From Phoronis australis (lineage: Eukaryota; Animalia; Phoronida), in the NCBI GenBank assembly GCA_002633005.1, contig NMRA01000275.1:407682-471681 (forward strand): DNA of 64,000 nucleotides, in the 5' to 3' direction. This document shows, in pieces, positions 1 to 13,089 of this stretch. The position numbers and the translations under genes are program-made. The stretch's first letter is position 1, and every line of letters starts with the position of its first letter. Below the pieces are notes generated by a model, which ran no database searches, was not told the DNA's origin, and saw only the letters and a list, made by a program, of their open reading frames with translations.

Positions 1-3000
1 CTTTCAGTAACTTTTATTGTAACTCCCAGAACAACCCACAAATTTCACTCTCTAACATCCCTTTCTCTTTACTCTTTTGACTAGACGACCTAATCAGCTA
101 ACGAAAAAGAGAAAAAAATACATCAAAGCCAAACTACAAATTTCTTACGTACCATAAAACAACACATATCTTAAGCAACTGAAGGGTCAAATGGCTTGGT
201 GGGTTTAACTGTTCGACCAGAACGAGTTATATAAGGCGTTGGCATGGGGGTCTGAACGTCTGAATCATAAAAAGCCGCCGCCGAGGTTGGCTCCTGTATT
301 TATGAACGAGAGAGAACTAGGACGTAAATCATTTGGCTCAACAGGGGTCGAGTGAGCCTCCTGATTCACTGGGGAATGGGTAAACATTGCCTGACCACCA
401 TTTGGAGATAAACCTCGATTAAGTGCTGGCTGAATATGTTTCCTATTACGTCTGACCCCGCCTTTAGGAGTATCAACCATATAAGACCTCGGTGCGGGCA
501 TCGAAGCAACCCTACCCAGTGTCCATGAAGTTCCCCGATTATGTGAAGACGTGTAGACCATGTCACCCACTTCGAAATCAGACATATCAGACACAACACC
601 TTTCGTTTTATGGTACTGTACTTTAGCCTTTGTTCAACGATGACTAATCTCAGACTTAACAATAGCAGGAGAGACTGCATTAGGCAAAAGTTGTTCAGTG
701 GACAGGGGTACCCTTACCCACGGTCAGTCATGACTGAACGATCAGTCATGACTGATTTGTGACTGATAAGTGACTGACCAATTCAGTCATGACCACCCTG
801 TGACTGAACAAATGTCTAACACAGGTGGTGTGACTGAATTATGACTGAATAGTCTTAGAATGCATTAGATATGACTGAACATTGACTGAATTGTCTTTAA
901 ACTTTCAAAGTGTGACTGAATGATGACTGAAATCTCTTTGGATCACTGAACATAGGACTTATTAATGACTGAATTATCTTAAACTTTCTAGATGTGACTG
1001 AATGATGACTGAAATCTCTTCAAATATTTTACATATGATCCAATCCACAAGCAGAGGTCTTAATTATATCTCAAAACTTCAGAAGTGACTGATAATTAAT
1101 AACAATGTAACGTACTAGCAGTAAGCATAACGAAATAGAAAATCAACCCCAACACATAATGTCAGGGATGAAACTAATTCCTTGCCTTACTTTGTCCTCA
1201 ACATGCAAAAATACATTATCTGCCCATTGACCTTAATTAATTAATGTTGTGTCTCTAAATCAACTGTTTTAAGTACGATACATACAGATGCCATATGTTT
1301 ATGTTAATCATTATTTATTTACAGAAACCAAGCAGATAAGTTGACAATATGTGTACATATAACAATTGTGCATTTTGTGGAATTCACAGCTTAAGTCAAT
1401 TTGCAGAATTGTTCTAGAGCTGACATAGTTGTTTTAAATTATTAGCAGTGCATGATGACATAAACAACTTGAAAAGACAGATTTAATGTGCTCTACTATT
1501 GTGACTCTCCCTCTAAGTGTACCAGGCACTAAAGTTACCATATGTTGAAGGGGTGTTTGTTCATGATTAGAAAGGTGCAGTGAAACGGTCTCATAGACAT
1601 TACTAGTTTTGCTTTCTAATAAGTTTGGTAGTCTTCTGATCTTCAGTAGGCAAAAAAATACATTTTTTCACTGGAGAACACTGGTTGTCTTTCACTTTAT
1701 TCTACATTTTTCTTATTATTCTCTTTCTAAAAAATTGGGAAACTTGCTGACAAATGTCTGTCCAGTTTCTAATTTTATAAATGCAACTAGGCATTTAATG
1801 TCCTTAACAAAGATAGGTTTCATATCATTGTCAACTGACACACACAAGACATGTGTCAAATGAGGCAGCTTAACATTTTCTACCACGGAAAGTCTTTTGA
1901 CAATGGCTAAAAAGGCAAATTCATCATCGTGTAATGTAACATGTAGAAAATACTTGATCTGTGCGAAACTGTTGTTATTCAGTAATACAGTGTAACTATT
2001 TCTTCGCATTACTTTCTTATACTCTTTAGAATGGATAACAAGGAAATACGTTTAAAAATTGCGGCAGTCCGAACAGGTATAGCAAGGTAATCTTTGACTA
2101 AATTAGGTACATTAAAGGGTGTCATATGACCAACAGCAGAAATACCCTCCCAAATATATACAGTGGTACTTTTGACATGTTCTAGTTCTACGACCCAAAC
2201 ACCTCTGAGAGGGCGTGTAAGTGGAACCTTCCTGGGGAGTGTTTCAGTCTGTACAACATCAAAACAGTATTAAGATCATTTGACTTCTTTAACAGATTTT
2301 TCAAAACTTTAACTCCCGCCTCAGCTTTACCGCTGCCCTGAGGCCAATACGGGGAGGAAGTCACATGATCAACGTCATGCTGTTTGCAAAATGTCGTAAA
2401 ATCAAAACTGATGAATTGGAGCCCATTATCAGTGAGGAGAACCTCAGGAACACCATAACGAGTGAAATGAGCGGCCGTTTTGCTAATAACTGTCTCAGTG
2501 AGAGTATCAGGAAGACGATCAACTTCTATAAAATCTGAGAAATGATCTACTGTAAGCAGATAATTAGTGTTCTTGAAGTGAAACAAGTCTTGACTAACAA
2601 ACTGCCAAGGATAATCAGGAATGGGTTGAGACAACATTGGCTGAGAGCGACTTTCCCTAGAATATTCTGCACACTTACCTCAACTATAACATTTGTCCCT
2701 TATTGCTGCTTGCATGCCTGGCCAAAATATGATATTTTTTGCAAAGCGAACACAACTCTCGGCCCCCTGATGAGATGCATGCACTTTATCTAACATCTCC
2801 TTGCGCAAACCGGTTGGCACCACTGCCTGTAGACCTCTTTAAATTACTCCACCGGAAACTGATAATTCATCCCTAAAACTCCAATAAGGCGATACATCAT
2901 TGTCCACAAACTTTTTAGTGGACGAACAGCCTGTTGTGATATAAATCAGCAACTGCCTTATAACACGATCGAGCCTTGTAGCAGTCTTCAGACTAGAAGC

Positions 3001-3720
3001 AGTCTTGGGCTTTAACCTAACATTTGGCAAGTTATCTGCCATCATAACATCTAACCTTAATACCTGAAACTCTGGGGAGTTGGAATTAATATCCGACAGA
3101 GGAGCTCTCGAAAGGGTGTCCGCTAGGACCAACGATTTCCCTTTCTTGTAAACAACAGATATGTTGTATTGCTGAAGGCACATCATGAGCCTTTGCAGAC
3201 GTTTTGGTGCTTTGGTCAAAGATTTTTTGAAAATACTCTCTAAGGGCTGGTGATCAGCATGAACAACAGTCTGATGGCCAAAAAGCCACAAGCGCCATTT
3301 CTCGCATGCCACACATATGGCCAACGTCTCCTTCTCAATCTGTACCCATGAACACTCATTGGGTCGCATCTGGCAAGACGCATACGCTACCGGTTGTAAG
3401 CAACCCTCTACATTTGGCTGCATTAAACATGCACCTAAAGCCGTGTCCGATGCGTCTGTCGGAAGGACTATAGGCTTACTAGGGTAAAAAACCCCAGACA
3501 AGGTGCCGAAGCAAGTTGATTCTTGGCATGCTGGAATGCTAAGTCACAAGCCGGAGTCCATACAAAGGGAACATCCAGTTTAGTCAAATTATGTAATGGG
3601 TGAATAGTCTCATACAATGATGAACAAAACATATTCAAATAGGTAACCATACCCATGAATCTCTGAACATCCTTCTTATCAACAGGAGTTGGCATATCTG
3701 TTATTGAACGAAATAACATG
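1..3720 (-). mobile_element. Ty3/Gypsy retrotransposon 3' half (element G): RT thumb, RNase H, integrase, PPT and start of 3' LTR; degenerate and interrupted by a DNA transposon fragment
   Basis: RNase H motifs TDAS/VAYAS/QIEKETLAI (2839-3501). Integrase core DLFHF..TVDHFS..TDNG..G.AEAGVK (2188-2637). C-terminal tail RSYMV..RRNRKHI and TRSGRTVKP (180-594). Purine tract at 58-74 is followed by TGTTAGAG (LTR start at 57), which runs off the window. Confidence 0.9.
711..2165 (-). mobile_element. CACTA/CMC-EnSpm-like DNA transposon fragment inserted in the Gypsy integrase
   Basis: GTA duplicated at 708-710 and 2166-2168. Many TGACTGAA subterminal-type repeats at 721-1015. Minus strand reads IHSKEYKKVMRRNSYTV..QIKYF (ORF 1716-2009), like the C-terminus of animal EnSpm-type transposases. 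Integrase text (RRTRT...PLSTEQLL) resumes across the insert. Confidence 0.7.
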
Positions 3721-5140
3721 ACACCGGTAGCCTCAGGTTTAAGGTCTACCCGGACTTCATAGTCCTTTAAACACCCTAACTCCGGTGAAAACACATCAGC
3801 ATACTGCTTACACAGATCACCCAAACTATCAACAGATACCGCATTAACCGAAAACTCCTGCTCCCAGTTAATGTTCAGTTTACGTAACCAATTACGACCT
3901 ATCAATGGAGTACAGTCTCCTTTTACCACCACTAATGGCAATTTCTCCGTAACATCTTTGACATTAGTATCTGCTGTCATCACCCCTACAATGTCAAGAC
4001 TGTTGTTACTAAGGCAATGAATTTAACATCTGCTGCCTGCAGGGTGTCATCGGGTTTCCGAAACAAAGAGTAGGTACTCTCCCCTATGCAAGACGCGATC
4101 GCACCAGTGTCCAGTTCCATGTACAATTTCTGCCCATTGACAAACACTGGCATCATGAACTTCTTATCGCTCGCGATACCTAAATCAATGTCAACTGTAC
4201 CCGAGTCAATATGGAACAAACCGTACTCACCGATATCCGCTTCCGCACCACGTGACACTGAATTCATGGGCTTACCTCCCTTGATCTTGTAGCACACAGT
4301 CAAGTGCCCCACTTGATTATATTTGCTGCAAACCGCATTCTTTTTTGGGCACTTGTTCGCAAAGTGTCCAACCACGTTACACCGGAAACATCGTTTCTCC
4401 TGGGACGTACTGGGTCCCCGTTGTTTCCTATCCTGTTTCCCCCAACCATGTTGCTTGTGTTTGTCAGTTCCCTTATCTACTCCATGGATCGTCCCATGAG
4501 CTCGTTGTCTGTCACCGTACACAACTAAATCACCTGTTGTGCAATTTCCACTGCCTTGTTGAAAGTCAACTTTAATCCATCTGTGCTTTTCAACAATTTT
4601 GTAACCGCTGACTACAATTTCACACCCTGGATGAGTTGGTCCACCAACATTTCATCGAGTCTCTGCCCGAACTCACACTTCCGAGCAGCCTGTTTAAATT
4701 GGACACTGTAGTCTAACACTGACTCATTAGACTCCCTCACAATCACCCGAAATTTGGCTCTCTCCGTGCGTGCATTCGTAGTTCCTCCATAATGGGAACT
4801 CAACAGCGCAATCAGCTCTTCAAAGCTTTTCTCCGACGGCTTATCGGAGGCGCTCAGATTCTTCAGAACCTGGTACTGTCCTGGCGAAAACCCTGTGATC
4901 AATGAATGAACTTTCAGCTCATTTGCAGTCTTTTCAAGTACAAAGTAGCTCTCCAACCGTTCCAGGAATGCAGATCGAGTTTTGGGGGTTTGTTTTCGCT
5001 ATCCCACTCCTGACACCAGTTAAGTTATAATGCGCAGATGTTTGACGATTATTATCGTTAAAGAATAAACAGGTATTCTAGAGACGCCATCTTTATTCTA
5101 CACTGGCCCAAGTGACGCCTATCGGTCACATGACATAACT
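3721..5140 (-). mobile_element. Ty3/Gypsy 5' fragment (element A): short LTR, PBS, gag, Zn knuckle, protease
   Basis: Gag FLERLESYF...SVLDYSVQFKQAARKCEFG (4612-4975), CCHC knuckle CFRCNVVGHFANKC, protease LDTGA and LIGRNWL (3760-4522). LTR-like 118 bp at 5023-5140 with AGTTAT...ATAACT ends. Confidence 0.85.
5001..5018 (-). promoter_or_regulatory. Primer-binding site complementary to tRNA-Leu(CAG) 3' end
   Basis: Plus strand ATCCCACTCCTGACACCA matches the recalled 18-nt 3' end (with CCA) of metazoan tRNA-Leu(CAG). It lies 4 nt from the LTR edge. Confidence 0.8.
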
Positions 5141-6014
5141 ACACCACTAACACTATCCCCATTACCACCAACTGGTAATCTGGACAAGGCATCTGTTGCA
5201 TTTTGTGAACCTGGTCTATACTTCACTGTAAAATTAAATGGCAGTAACCGCAAGGCCCACCGCTGAGGAAACCTTTCCCTTATATGAATAAATGATTTTC
5301 AAAACCTTGTGGTCAGTAGTTAATTCAAAGGGTAACCCAAGAAGATATATGCGAAATTTCTCGCAACCCCAAACACAAGTGAGAGCCTCTTTTTCGCTCT
5401 GACAATGCTGTCTCTCTACATCACTGAAAGATCTGCTCGCATAACTGACAGGTTTGAACTTGCCATCACTCTGTTTCTGAGTTAAAATACACTCAATACC
5501 CACGGAACTGGCATCTACAACAAGTTTCGTATCAACACCCTGAGTAAAAGGAGCAAGAGACTCAGCATTTGAAATCATTTCTTTTAATTGCATGAAAGCA
5601 TCTACTTGAGCCCTGCCCCATACCCATTTCTCACTAGATCTGGTTAGCCGTTGCAGAGGTTCGGCTACACTAGTGGCTAATTTGGAATAAACTCTGTACA
5701 TCAATTCACCAAGCCTAAGAAAGCTCCTATCTTTGCCAACTTTAGTTCAGTACTACCATAAATGATAATATCATCTGCTATGTTTCTAGCACCTGGGCAG
5801 TCCTGGAGCATCTGATTAATAATAAACTGGTATTGCTCCGGTGCGTAGGATGCACCAAAAAGCATTAATTCTTTTGTATCTGTACAATCCTTAGTGTGCT
5901 GTAATGGTTGTTATTGCACGAGAATCGGTATCCAGCTCAATTTTATGGAACCCTAGTTTTAAATTGATTTTGCCTGCATGTCCAATAGTATTTCCTTCAC
6001 TGTAGAAATCAGAT

Positions 6015-6135
6015 TGTAGAATTAAGATAAAAGACATATTAATAAATATATTCCACTAATATTCAACTACAAACATAATATTCCAAATCAGAGAGCGTCG
6101 TCATGAACGTGATGTTAAATATCGCGTATGTGACA
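6015..6135. mobile_element. 121-bp solo LTR-like insertion (element F) in RT of element B
   Basis: TG...CA ends. 5-bp TSD CAGAT (6010-6014) / CGGAT (6136-6140). Removing it restores RERHP-ISTVKEI. Confidence 0.75.
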
Positions 6136-6285
6136 CGGATGCCTTTCCCTAACTATTGCCTGATTTGGAATTCTCATGGCTACACAAATTCTGACATCAT
6201 TTTGCCCTGGTTTAGGAACAACAAGAATAGGAGTTATCCAAGGGGTGGGGCCTGAAACTCTCTCTGTCACGTCTAGTGACTCAAG

Positions 6286-6461
6286 TGTGATGACCGAATG
6301 TATCAACTAAAGCGATCACATTTACGATATATGTATTTATTAGCACAACCATGAGTTTACATGCGTTCTGGCCAACAGCCAGACCCCAACTGGACCACGA
6401 GGTCTCTAACAACTTGACTAGACGGAAGACACGCCCATTACATACTAAGACAGTTACCACA
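6286..6461 (-). repeat. 3' LTR of element C
   Basis: Direct repeat of 11781-11956, TG...CA ends, adjacent to the PPT. Confidence 0.95.
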
Positions 6462-8039
6462 ACTCCCCTTTTCTTATGTTTGAACTACCTACAATTTTAA
6501 TCTAATTGGGGGTTTTGATACACGCCCCGAACGACACAATCCCCCGCCGAAAACATCAGTTCCACTAACAGTGTCCGTTTGGCCAGGGTCTGTGCCTGGA
6601 ACAGGAGCCGACTCAGCCAACGCGTCCCTGGTAACCTCCTGCTCAGCCTCAGCGACAACACAATCCTTCACTTGGTCATGTGACAGTTTCTGCGCAAACT
6701 GTTTACTCACGACGTTAATGCCTGGTCTCATGTTATCCAAACGTGAACGCATTTTCCGACGATACAATATCTCGCAAGGCGGTTTGCCAGTGGTACTTAA
6801 TGCGGAGTCAACCGGTACCACATCAACATTTTTAGTCTAGTGTTCAAAGTTCCGCCTTTGATCTTCTTCAACCCTTCTTTCACAATCTGGACAGCTCGCT
6901 CGCATAGACCATTAGACGCAAGATGGTATGGTGCGACTAATATCTGTTTCACCATATTACTCCTCAGAAAATCTGCAAACTCCACACTAGTAAAGCATGA
7001 TCCATTGTCACTCACTATCATACGGGGTACATCATGATCAGCAAATGACCGCCACAGACTCTCAATGGTCGCGGCCGATGACGATGAATGGTTGACGTGC
7101 ACGTCAATCGATTTTGATTTCGCATCAATGACCACTAATAACATCTTTCCCTCTATCAGGCCAGTGTAATCGATGTGTAAGCGTTCCCATGGTTCACCAG
7201 GTTCTGTCCAAGGGTGCAAAGGAGCTTCTAGTGGCGATTTACGACACTGGCGGCACTCGGAACAACCGCGCACCACACTTTCTATCTCCTTGTCTAGATT
7301 GGGCCACCAAACATAAGATCTTGCCAGATCGTGAAATGCCCAAATGAGCTTCATGCAGCTTATTCATAGCACAAGAGCGGAGCGATGGGGGTATCACCAC
7401 ACGACATCCCCACAACAAACAATTATCCTCAATACTCAGTTCATTGCAATGATAGCTGTACGGACGGAATTTGCCATCGGATACGTTGTCGGGCCACCCA
7501 AATTTTACAAAATATAATACTTTCGACAACGTTGGATCCCTTGCAGTTAAGCGTTTCACTTCGTGTACATTGGCCGACATATTTCCCAGTTGACCCTTCA
7601 ACCAATTTACGTGGCCTGGGATTTCAGAATTCTTTGGAACGTCGCTGACAGGCAAACGACTGAGGCCGTCGGCATTTGCTAATTTCTCGCCCGGTTTATA
7701 TTTGATGGTATACTTGTACGCTGACAGAATCAGAGACCATCACTTTAACCTGTCAGATGCCATCTGTGGTATAGCTTTATCCGGGCTAAAAATGATTAGC
7801 AATGGTTTGTGGTCCGACTTGATTGAAAATTCCTGTCCATACAGGAACTGATTGAAATGTTTGAGTCCAAATACAATCGCAGACCCTTCTTTATCTAACT
7901 GACTGTAGTTCTTCTCGGTTATCGTTAAAGTTCGCGACGCAAATGCAATTGGGCGTTCCGAGCCATCGCTGAAATCGCGGGAAATAACAGCACCAAGGCC
8001 ATACGGTGAAGCATCGCATGCCAACACTAACGGCATTGG

Positions 8040-9575
8040 CATGTGTGCTGCTGCGGAGCCTGCACGTTTGTTTCAGGGTCAGGGGACATGATGCCATTCT
8101 GAGCGACTGTCATCGTGACGGACTCACCAATTTTGGGGAAGTCCGGCGATATTGTGCCAAGGTTGGTACATACCTCTCGACTGAGGAACACTTTTCTGGT
8201 TGTGTCAGTTATGTACACTATGGCTTTCGTGTGCATCGGTTTCTGCGATGGTCCGCGACCAGAAAAGTGGAGTAGGGTGGCACCAAGGATGTTAATGTCG
8301 CCGTTGTTGGCCGCATGCATCTTCATGGTGACAGGGAGTAGGTCACGCTGGGAGAGACCTAGTTGTTGAAGCGTGTTGAGGCCGGCGAGGCAGCTCTGGC
8401 AGCCTGTGTCTGCCAGGCAGTGTATAACGACTGGGGTGGTGCAGTGTGAAGTAGGGAAGCCAAGTTGTTCGAAGTCGCTGTTGTCAGCCAAGGTAACTGA
8501 GAGTTGTACCGTGGGTTGCGGTTTCGATGCTTGGCGTCGCCACGTGTCGTTAAGACTATCGTACAGGTGATGGTCGAGTTGTATCGTTGTGTGTGACTGT
8601 GTATTACCTGTCATGTGGCAGAACACCCCACAGAGTTGGTCAAAGACTGCACTCTCATTGTTGGGAGGGGGCTTGCCTTTGGGGTTGTCCTTACTCCGAC
8701 ATACGGATTCGAAGTGGTGGGGTCTGTTGCAAGACAGGCAGGTGTGCCCGTAGGCGGGACAGTTCTGTCGACGGGCTTGTGCAGGGGCACTACGACCATG
8801 CCCTGTTTGACCACAGTAGGTGCAATTTGTGCTTTTGTGGGATGTCGTATCTCTTTTGTTGCGGCGGTATAAGCTGGTGGCATCTGTTTGGACGACTGGG
8901 GGGTCTAGTAGACGTGAGGCAGACCGTTTGCCAGATTCTTTGGCTTCGACAAACTGGAACACTTGCTCAAGAGACATGTCCTGGTTTTTGTCACCGAGGA
9001 GATCCAGCTGAATCTCTGGGTCGGCTAAACCCCTTATGAGAACATCNNNNNNNNNNNNNNNNNNNNNNNNNNNNNNNNNNNNNNNNNNNNNNNNNNNNNN
9101 NNNNNNNNNNNNNNNNNNNNNNNNNNNNNNNNNNNNNNNNNNNNNNNNNNNNNNNNNNNNNNNNNNNNNNNNNNNNNNNNNNNNNNNNNNNNNNNNNNNN
9201 NNNNNNNNNNNNNNNNNNNNNNNNNNNNNNNNNNNNNNNNNNNNNNNNNNNNNNNNNNNNNNNNNNNNNNNNNNNNNNNNNNNNNNNNNNNNNNNNNNNN
9301 NNNNNNNNNNNNNNNNNNNNNNNNNNNNNNNNNNNNNNNNNNNNNNNNNNNNNNNNNNNNNNNNNNNNNNNNNNNNNNNNNNNNNNNNNNNNNNNNNNNN
9401 NNNNNNNNNNNNNNNNNNNNNNNNNNNNNNNNNNNNNNNNNNNNNNNNNNNNNNNNNNNNNNNNNNNNNNNNNNAGAGAGAGAGAATGCTTTAATTTAGC
9501 GAGACTCGTTAGTCATGGAATCCACTTCCTGTCCGTGACTAGTGACCTCTATTGGGTAAAGGTGAATATTCTATA
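8040..9575 (-). mobile_element. Second Gypsy family gag-protease fragment (element D) nested in element C; spans an assembly gap
   Basis: ORF 8027-8977 has knuckles CTYCGQTGH and CLSCNRPHH..C plus protease LADTGCQS. It splits element C between THFDLSK (about 9577) and PLVLACDAS (about 8035). N gap at 9047-9474. Confidence 0.8.
9047..9474. other. Assembly gap (N run) next to an (AG)n tract
   Basis: 428 N bases. Confidence 0.99.
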
Positions 9576-11780
9576 GTTTGGACAGATCAAAATGAGTCAA
9601 CACAGTCTCTGACGACATTATAACTTTAGACTCGCGGAAAGCACGGTCTTCGTCCTGTGACCCAAGTTCACGCTACATTTTTACGTAGTAGCCTATACAA
9701 CGGTGCCAATCAGGTGGATGCGTTCCGTATGTATTTACCATGATAGTAGTTCAGCATACCCAGGTATGCTCGGAGCTCAGTAACGCTTCTCTGTACGGGG
9801 GCGTCACGAATCGCACAAATTTTCTCATCCGTCAGAGGTAGTCCATCCCTGTCTATTCTGTTCCTCAAGTATACAGTTTCATCTTGCAAGAAATTGCATT
9901 TATCCATTGTTTAAACGCAAACCAGCATCTGATAGACTGCAGCACAGTTCTTAAATTTTCAAAGTGTTCCTGTCTGTTTTTGCCCGTGACCACAATGTCG
10001 TCCAGATATACCACTACTCCAGGTATACCTTGTAACAATGTATCAATGGTGTGCTGCCAAATACTCGGGCTCGAGTGTACTCCAAAAGCAAGATGGTTGT
10101 TTTGATACAATCCACGGTGGGTATTAATAGTCAAATATTCCTTTGACGGCTCGTCTACCGACATTTGCAAATATGCATTACTCAAACTTGTCCAATTTTG
10201 AAAATTGAACGCCTTGTGCAACCTCAACCTGAAGCTCATCTGTTCTTGGGATCGGGAACTTATCCAACAATGCCACCTGATTGACAGTTATGCGAAAATC
10301 ACTGCACACCCAGATTTTTCCATTAGATTTTACTATAGGCACGATAGGCGTTGCCCAGTTTGAAAACTGCACTTTACTGATTACGCCAATTGCCTACAGA
10401 TGGTCTAATTTCTCATCCTCCTTTGACTGCAGGGCAAACGGTACGGGGCTGGCCTTGAAAAATCTCGGCTTAGCATTTGGTGGAAGATGGATAGTTGCCA
10501 CAAAATCTTTGAGGTTACCAAGTTCATCAGCTAACAGATGCGAGTACGATTTCAACAACGCATCAATATCCTTGCCAAATAATTTGTTAACAGATTTCCA
10601 TTCGGACTGCAACATGTGGCTCCAATCTGGCACTAGCAATTCTCTCAACCAATCCCGTCCAAGCAAACTCGGCTCTAGCTGGTACCACCAACAACGGCAA
10701 GTCGTGTAACTGACCATTAACCGAGACATTAACTCACGCCTTGCCTTGTAACGTGTTCTTAGACTTTGTATATGTAAATAAATTATCATTCGCGCTATCC
10801 AGTTCTGGCTTGTCGCGCCCGAAGTGACTGTCAAAAACTGATCTGCAGACAATGGTTTGCGGCGAACCAGTGTCAACCTCGAACTCGAGAGGTTTGCCAC
10901 CCACACATATTGTGGTGACCACAGGCGGTTCCATTTGAACAGCACTGAGCAAATTGTTCAAGAAGGAGCCATCTCCATCTAAATAATTTGTGCGGCCAGA
11001 TTTTCGTCCAGATTTGACATGTACCTTACAAGCTTTTTTGATATGCCCCTTTCGCCACAAGCATAACACGACGCCTCAATGAAACCACATTGCGAAGGGT
11101 CATGACTACCCCAACAACAAAAACATTTCGTCTTACCGTACGTGGTGCCGTTGGTCAGCTTGCTTGGACTTGGGCTTGAATCTCCTGGGCTGAATCTGAT
11201 TAACTTGATGAGGCTGGGGGCTGCAGTTCGATATTAAACCGATGTTCGAGGCTGCCGCCTCCATGCTGACACAGGTGTCGTATGCTTTTGCGAACGTTAG
11301 GTTTTGGATCGCAAACAGCCGCTTTTACATATCCACATTTTGGACACTGCAGATCAGACGGTCGTAACATGTCATTGAGTGTATCTCCAAAGTCGCATGT
11401 CGCCGCTAACTCCTGAAGCCGACTAACAAAACTTGCTATGGACTCCGGTTTTTCACGAACTGCGGAGTTAACTTGAAACGACTCACAATCGGATTCGGTG
11501 TAGGCGCAAAGTGTTCAGTTAACTTTTTGATACAGCTGTGAAAACGTTTCGTCAACTGGCTTATCCGGCTGTATTAGTTTTCGGAGCAATTGATATGTCT
11601 CTGAACCGCACGTGGTCAAAAATATTGCGCGCTTCTTCTCCGCCTTATCAATATCGTTTGCCACAACGTAGAACTCCAGTCTTTCCACATAACTCGACCA
11701 AGTCTCAACTTGTGCGTTAAAAGCACTAACTGTACCGTGAGCGGCCATAACGTTTCTTGTCATTTATCCTCGTCGCCAAA

Positions 11781-11956
11781 TGTGATGACCGAATGTATCA
11801 ACTAAAACGATCACATTTACAATATATGTATTTATTAGCACAACCATGAGTACACATGTGTTCTGGCCAACAGCCAGATCCCACCTGGACCACGAGGTCT
11901 CTAACAACTTGACTAGACGGAAGACACGCCCACTACATACTAAGACAGTTACCACA
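11781..11956 (-). repeat. 5' LTR of element C
   Basis: Direct repeat of 6286-6461, adjacent to the PBS. Confidence 0.95.
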
Positions 11957-12149
11957 TCAAGTTCATCCAACTTCTTACTAACAGCCTCTCACAGAGAGGC
12001 AAAGGTCTGACCTTTTGCGCTACTGGTTCAACATCGGGGTCTACATAGTTCTTAAGTTTCCCCAAGCCTCAGAAACACTCAAGGTATTTCTCTTCCATTC
12101 TATCCAAAACAGACCGTCCCACAGCCTGTACATGATTTACCTTAGGGTC

Positions 12150-13089
12150 TGTCAGACGATTGACTGTGGGTTTGTTTAAAAGGTAGCTATGCTTTCAGAT
12201 TGTGCGTAGATGGAAAGTGAATAATCAAATCCAGTAATTAATTTATTATATGATAACCCCTAATTAGACAAATGAAACCTATTTCGTGAACATATGCTGT
12301 TACTTGCTATCATGGAGAACAAATGAAACCTATTGTTAATTAAGTAATCAACTACAAAGAGTATGCTAACGCCCTCTTTAAAGATTGCTTTAATCAAACA
12401 ACCAAAACGATCAAATGTCTTATCTGCTATCCAAGCTAGGACTCTCCACTTGTTGGATGTCTGTCCTGTTGGTGAATCTTCGAACTACACACACTGTATA
12501 GCGACAGTGTACTTGCTGGTCACCGTCTCTGGTGATGCAACACTTGCAGGCAATTTCTTCTACCCGCGATTCTTCTTGCTGGTCACAGTCTCTGGCTGAT
12601 GACGCAACACTTCAGGTTACTACCCACAATGCAAGTGACAAGCTCTTAGTTAACTTCCTGTTCGTTAACCCTTGCCCTTGCCAAGATCCTTTCTAGAATC
12701 TTCCACGAGATGGCTCTGTCGTACAATTGCTTCTGTACACCGTAGCAAGTCTTTATGCTTCAACTACTATAGCGCATCTAATTATCTTGTTGATTTCAGC
12801 CCATAATATAACATTCTACTTATTTAGTGATTGGCTAATAAAAACCACATGATCATATCCACTCGTATTATTGGCTGTTACAATTTGTTCTCAGAATATT
12901 CTAGAATCTCTAGAATACTTTGACCCCAGAACCCAAAGTTGTAAACACCATCTAAAAATAGATTTTGACGTTAAATTACATGTCAACAAGTCTGACCCCA
13001 TGATTTAAAAGTACATATTATGCACAAATTTTGGGCAACTTAAAATGGATCTATTCTTACTAATTATTTAATCAATATTTATTCTGACA
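12150..13089 (-). mobile_element. 940-bp solo LTR (element E) between PR and RT of element B
   Basis: Ends TGTCAGA...TCTGACA. TSD GGGTC at 12145-12149 and 13090-13094. Removing it restores LGILRVGP-KVNHV. Orientation is inferred only from CCAAT/TATA/AATAAA order. Confidence 0.85.

Larger units (their letters stand above)
6286..11956 (-). mobile_element. Full-length but degenerate Ty3/Gypsy LTR retrotransposon (element C)
   Basis: 176-bp LTRs at 6286-6461 and 11781-11956 (8 mismatches by hand count). TSD TCAAG at 6281-6285 and 11957-11961. PBS TGGCGACGAGGAT (tRNA-Ser GCU type) at 11766-11778 and PPT at 6462-6475. Gag (11515-11763), VDTGS protease, YLDD RT, CDAS RNase H and integrase in Gypsy order. 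Confidence 0.95.

Noticed and set aside
5001-5018. tRNA-Leu gene
   Set aside because: Only the 3' 18 nt with encoded CCA; it is a retrotransposon PBS.
6571-9039. Plus-strand ORFs over the retrotransposons
   Set aside because: Antisense shadows of Gypsy coding sequence with no recognisable domains.
9036-9494. 152-aa ORF
   Set aside because: Artefact of the N gap.
6286-11956. Active autonomous retrotransposon or domesticated gag/integrase gene
   Set aside because: Multiple stops and frameshifts, a nested insertion in RNase H and diverged LTRs.
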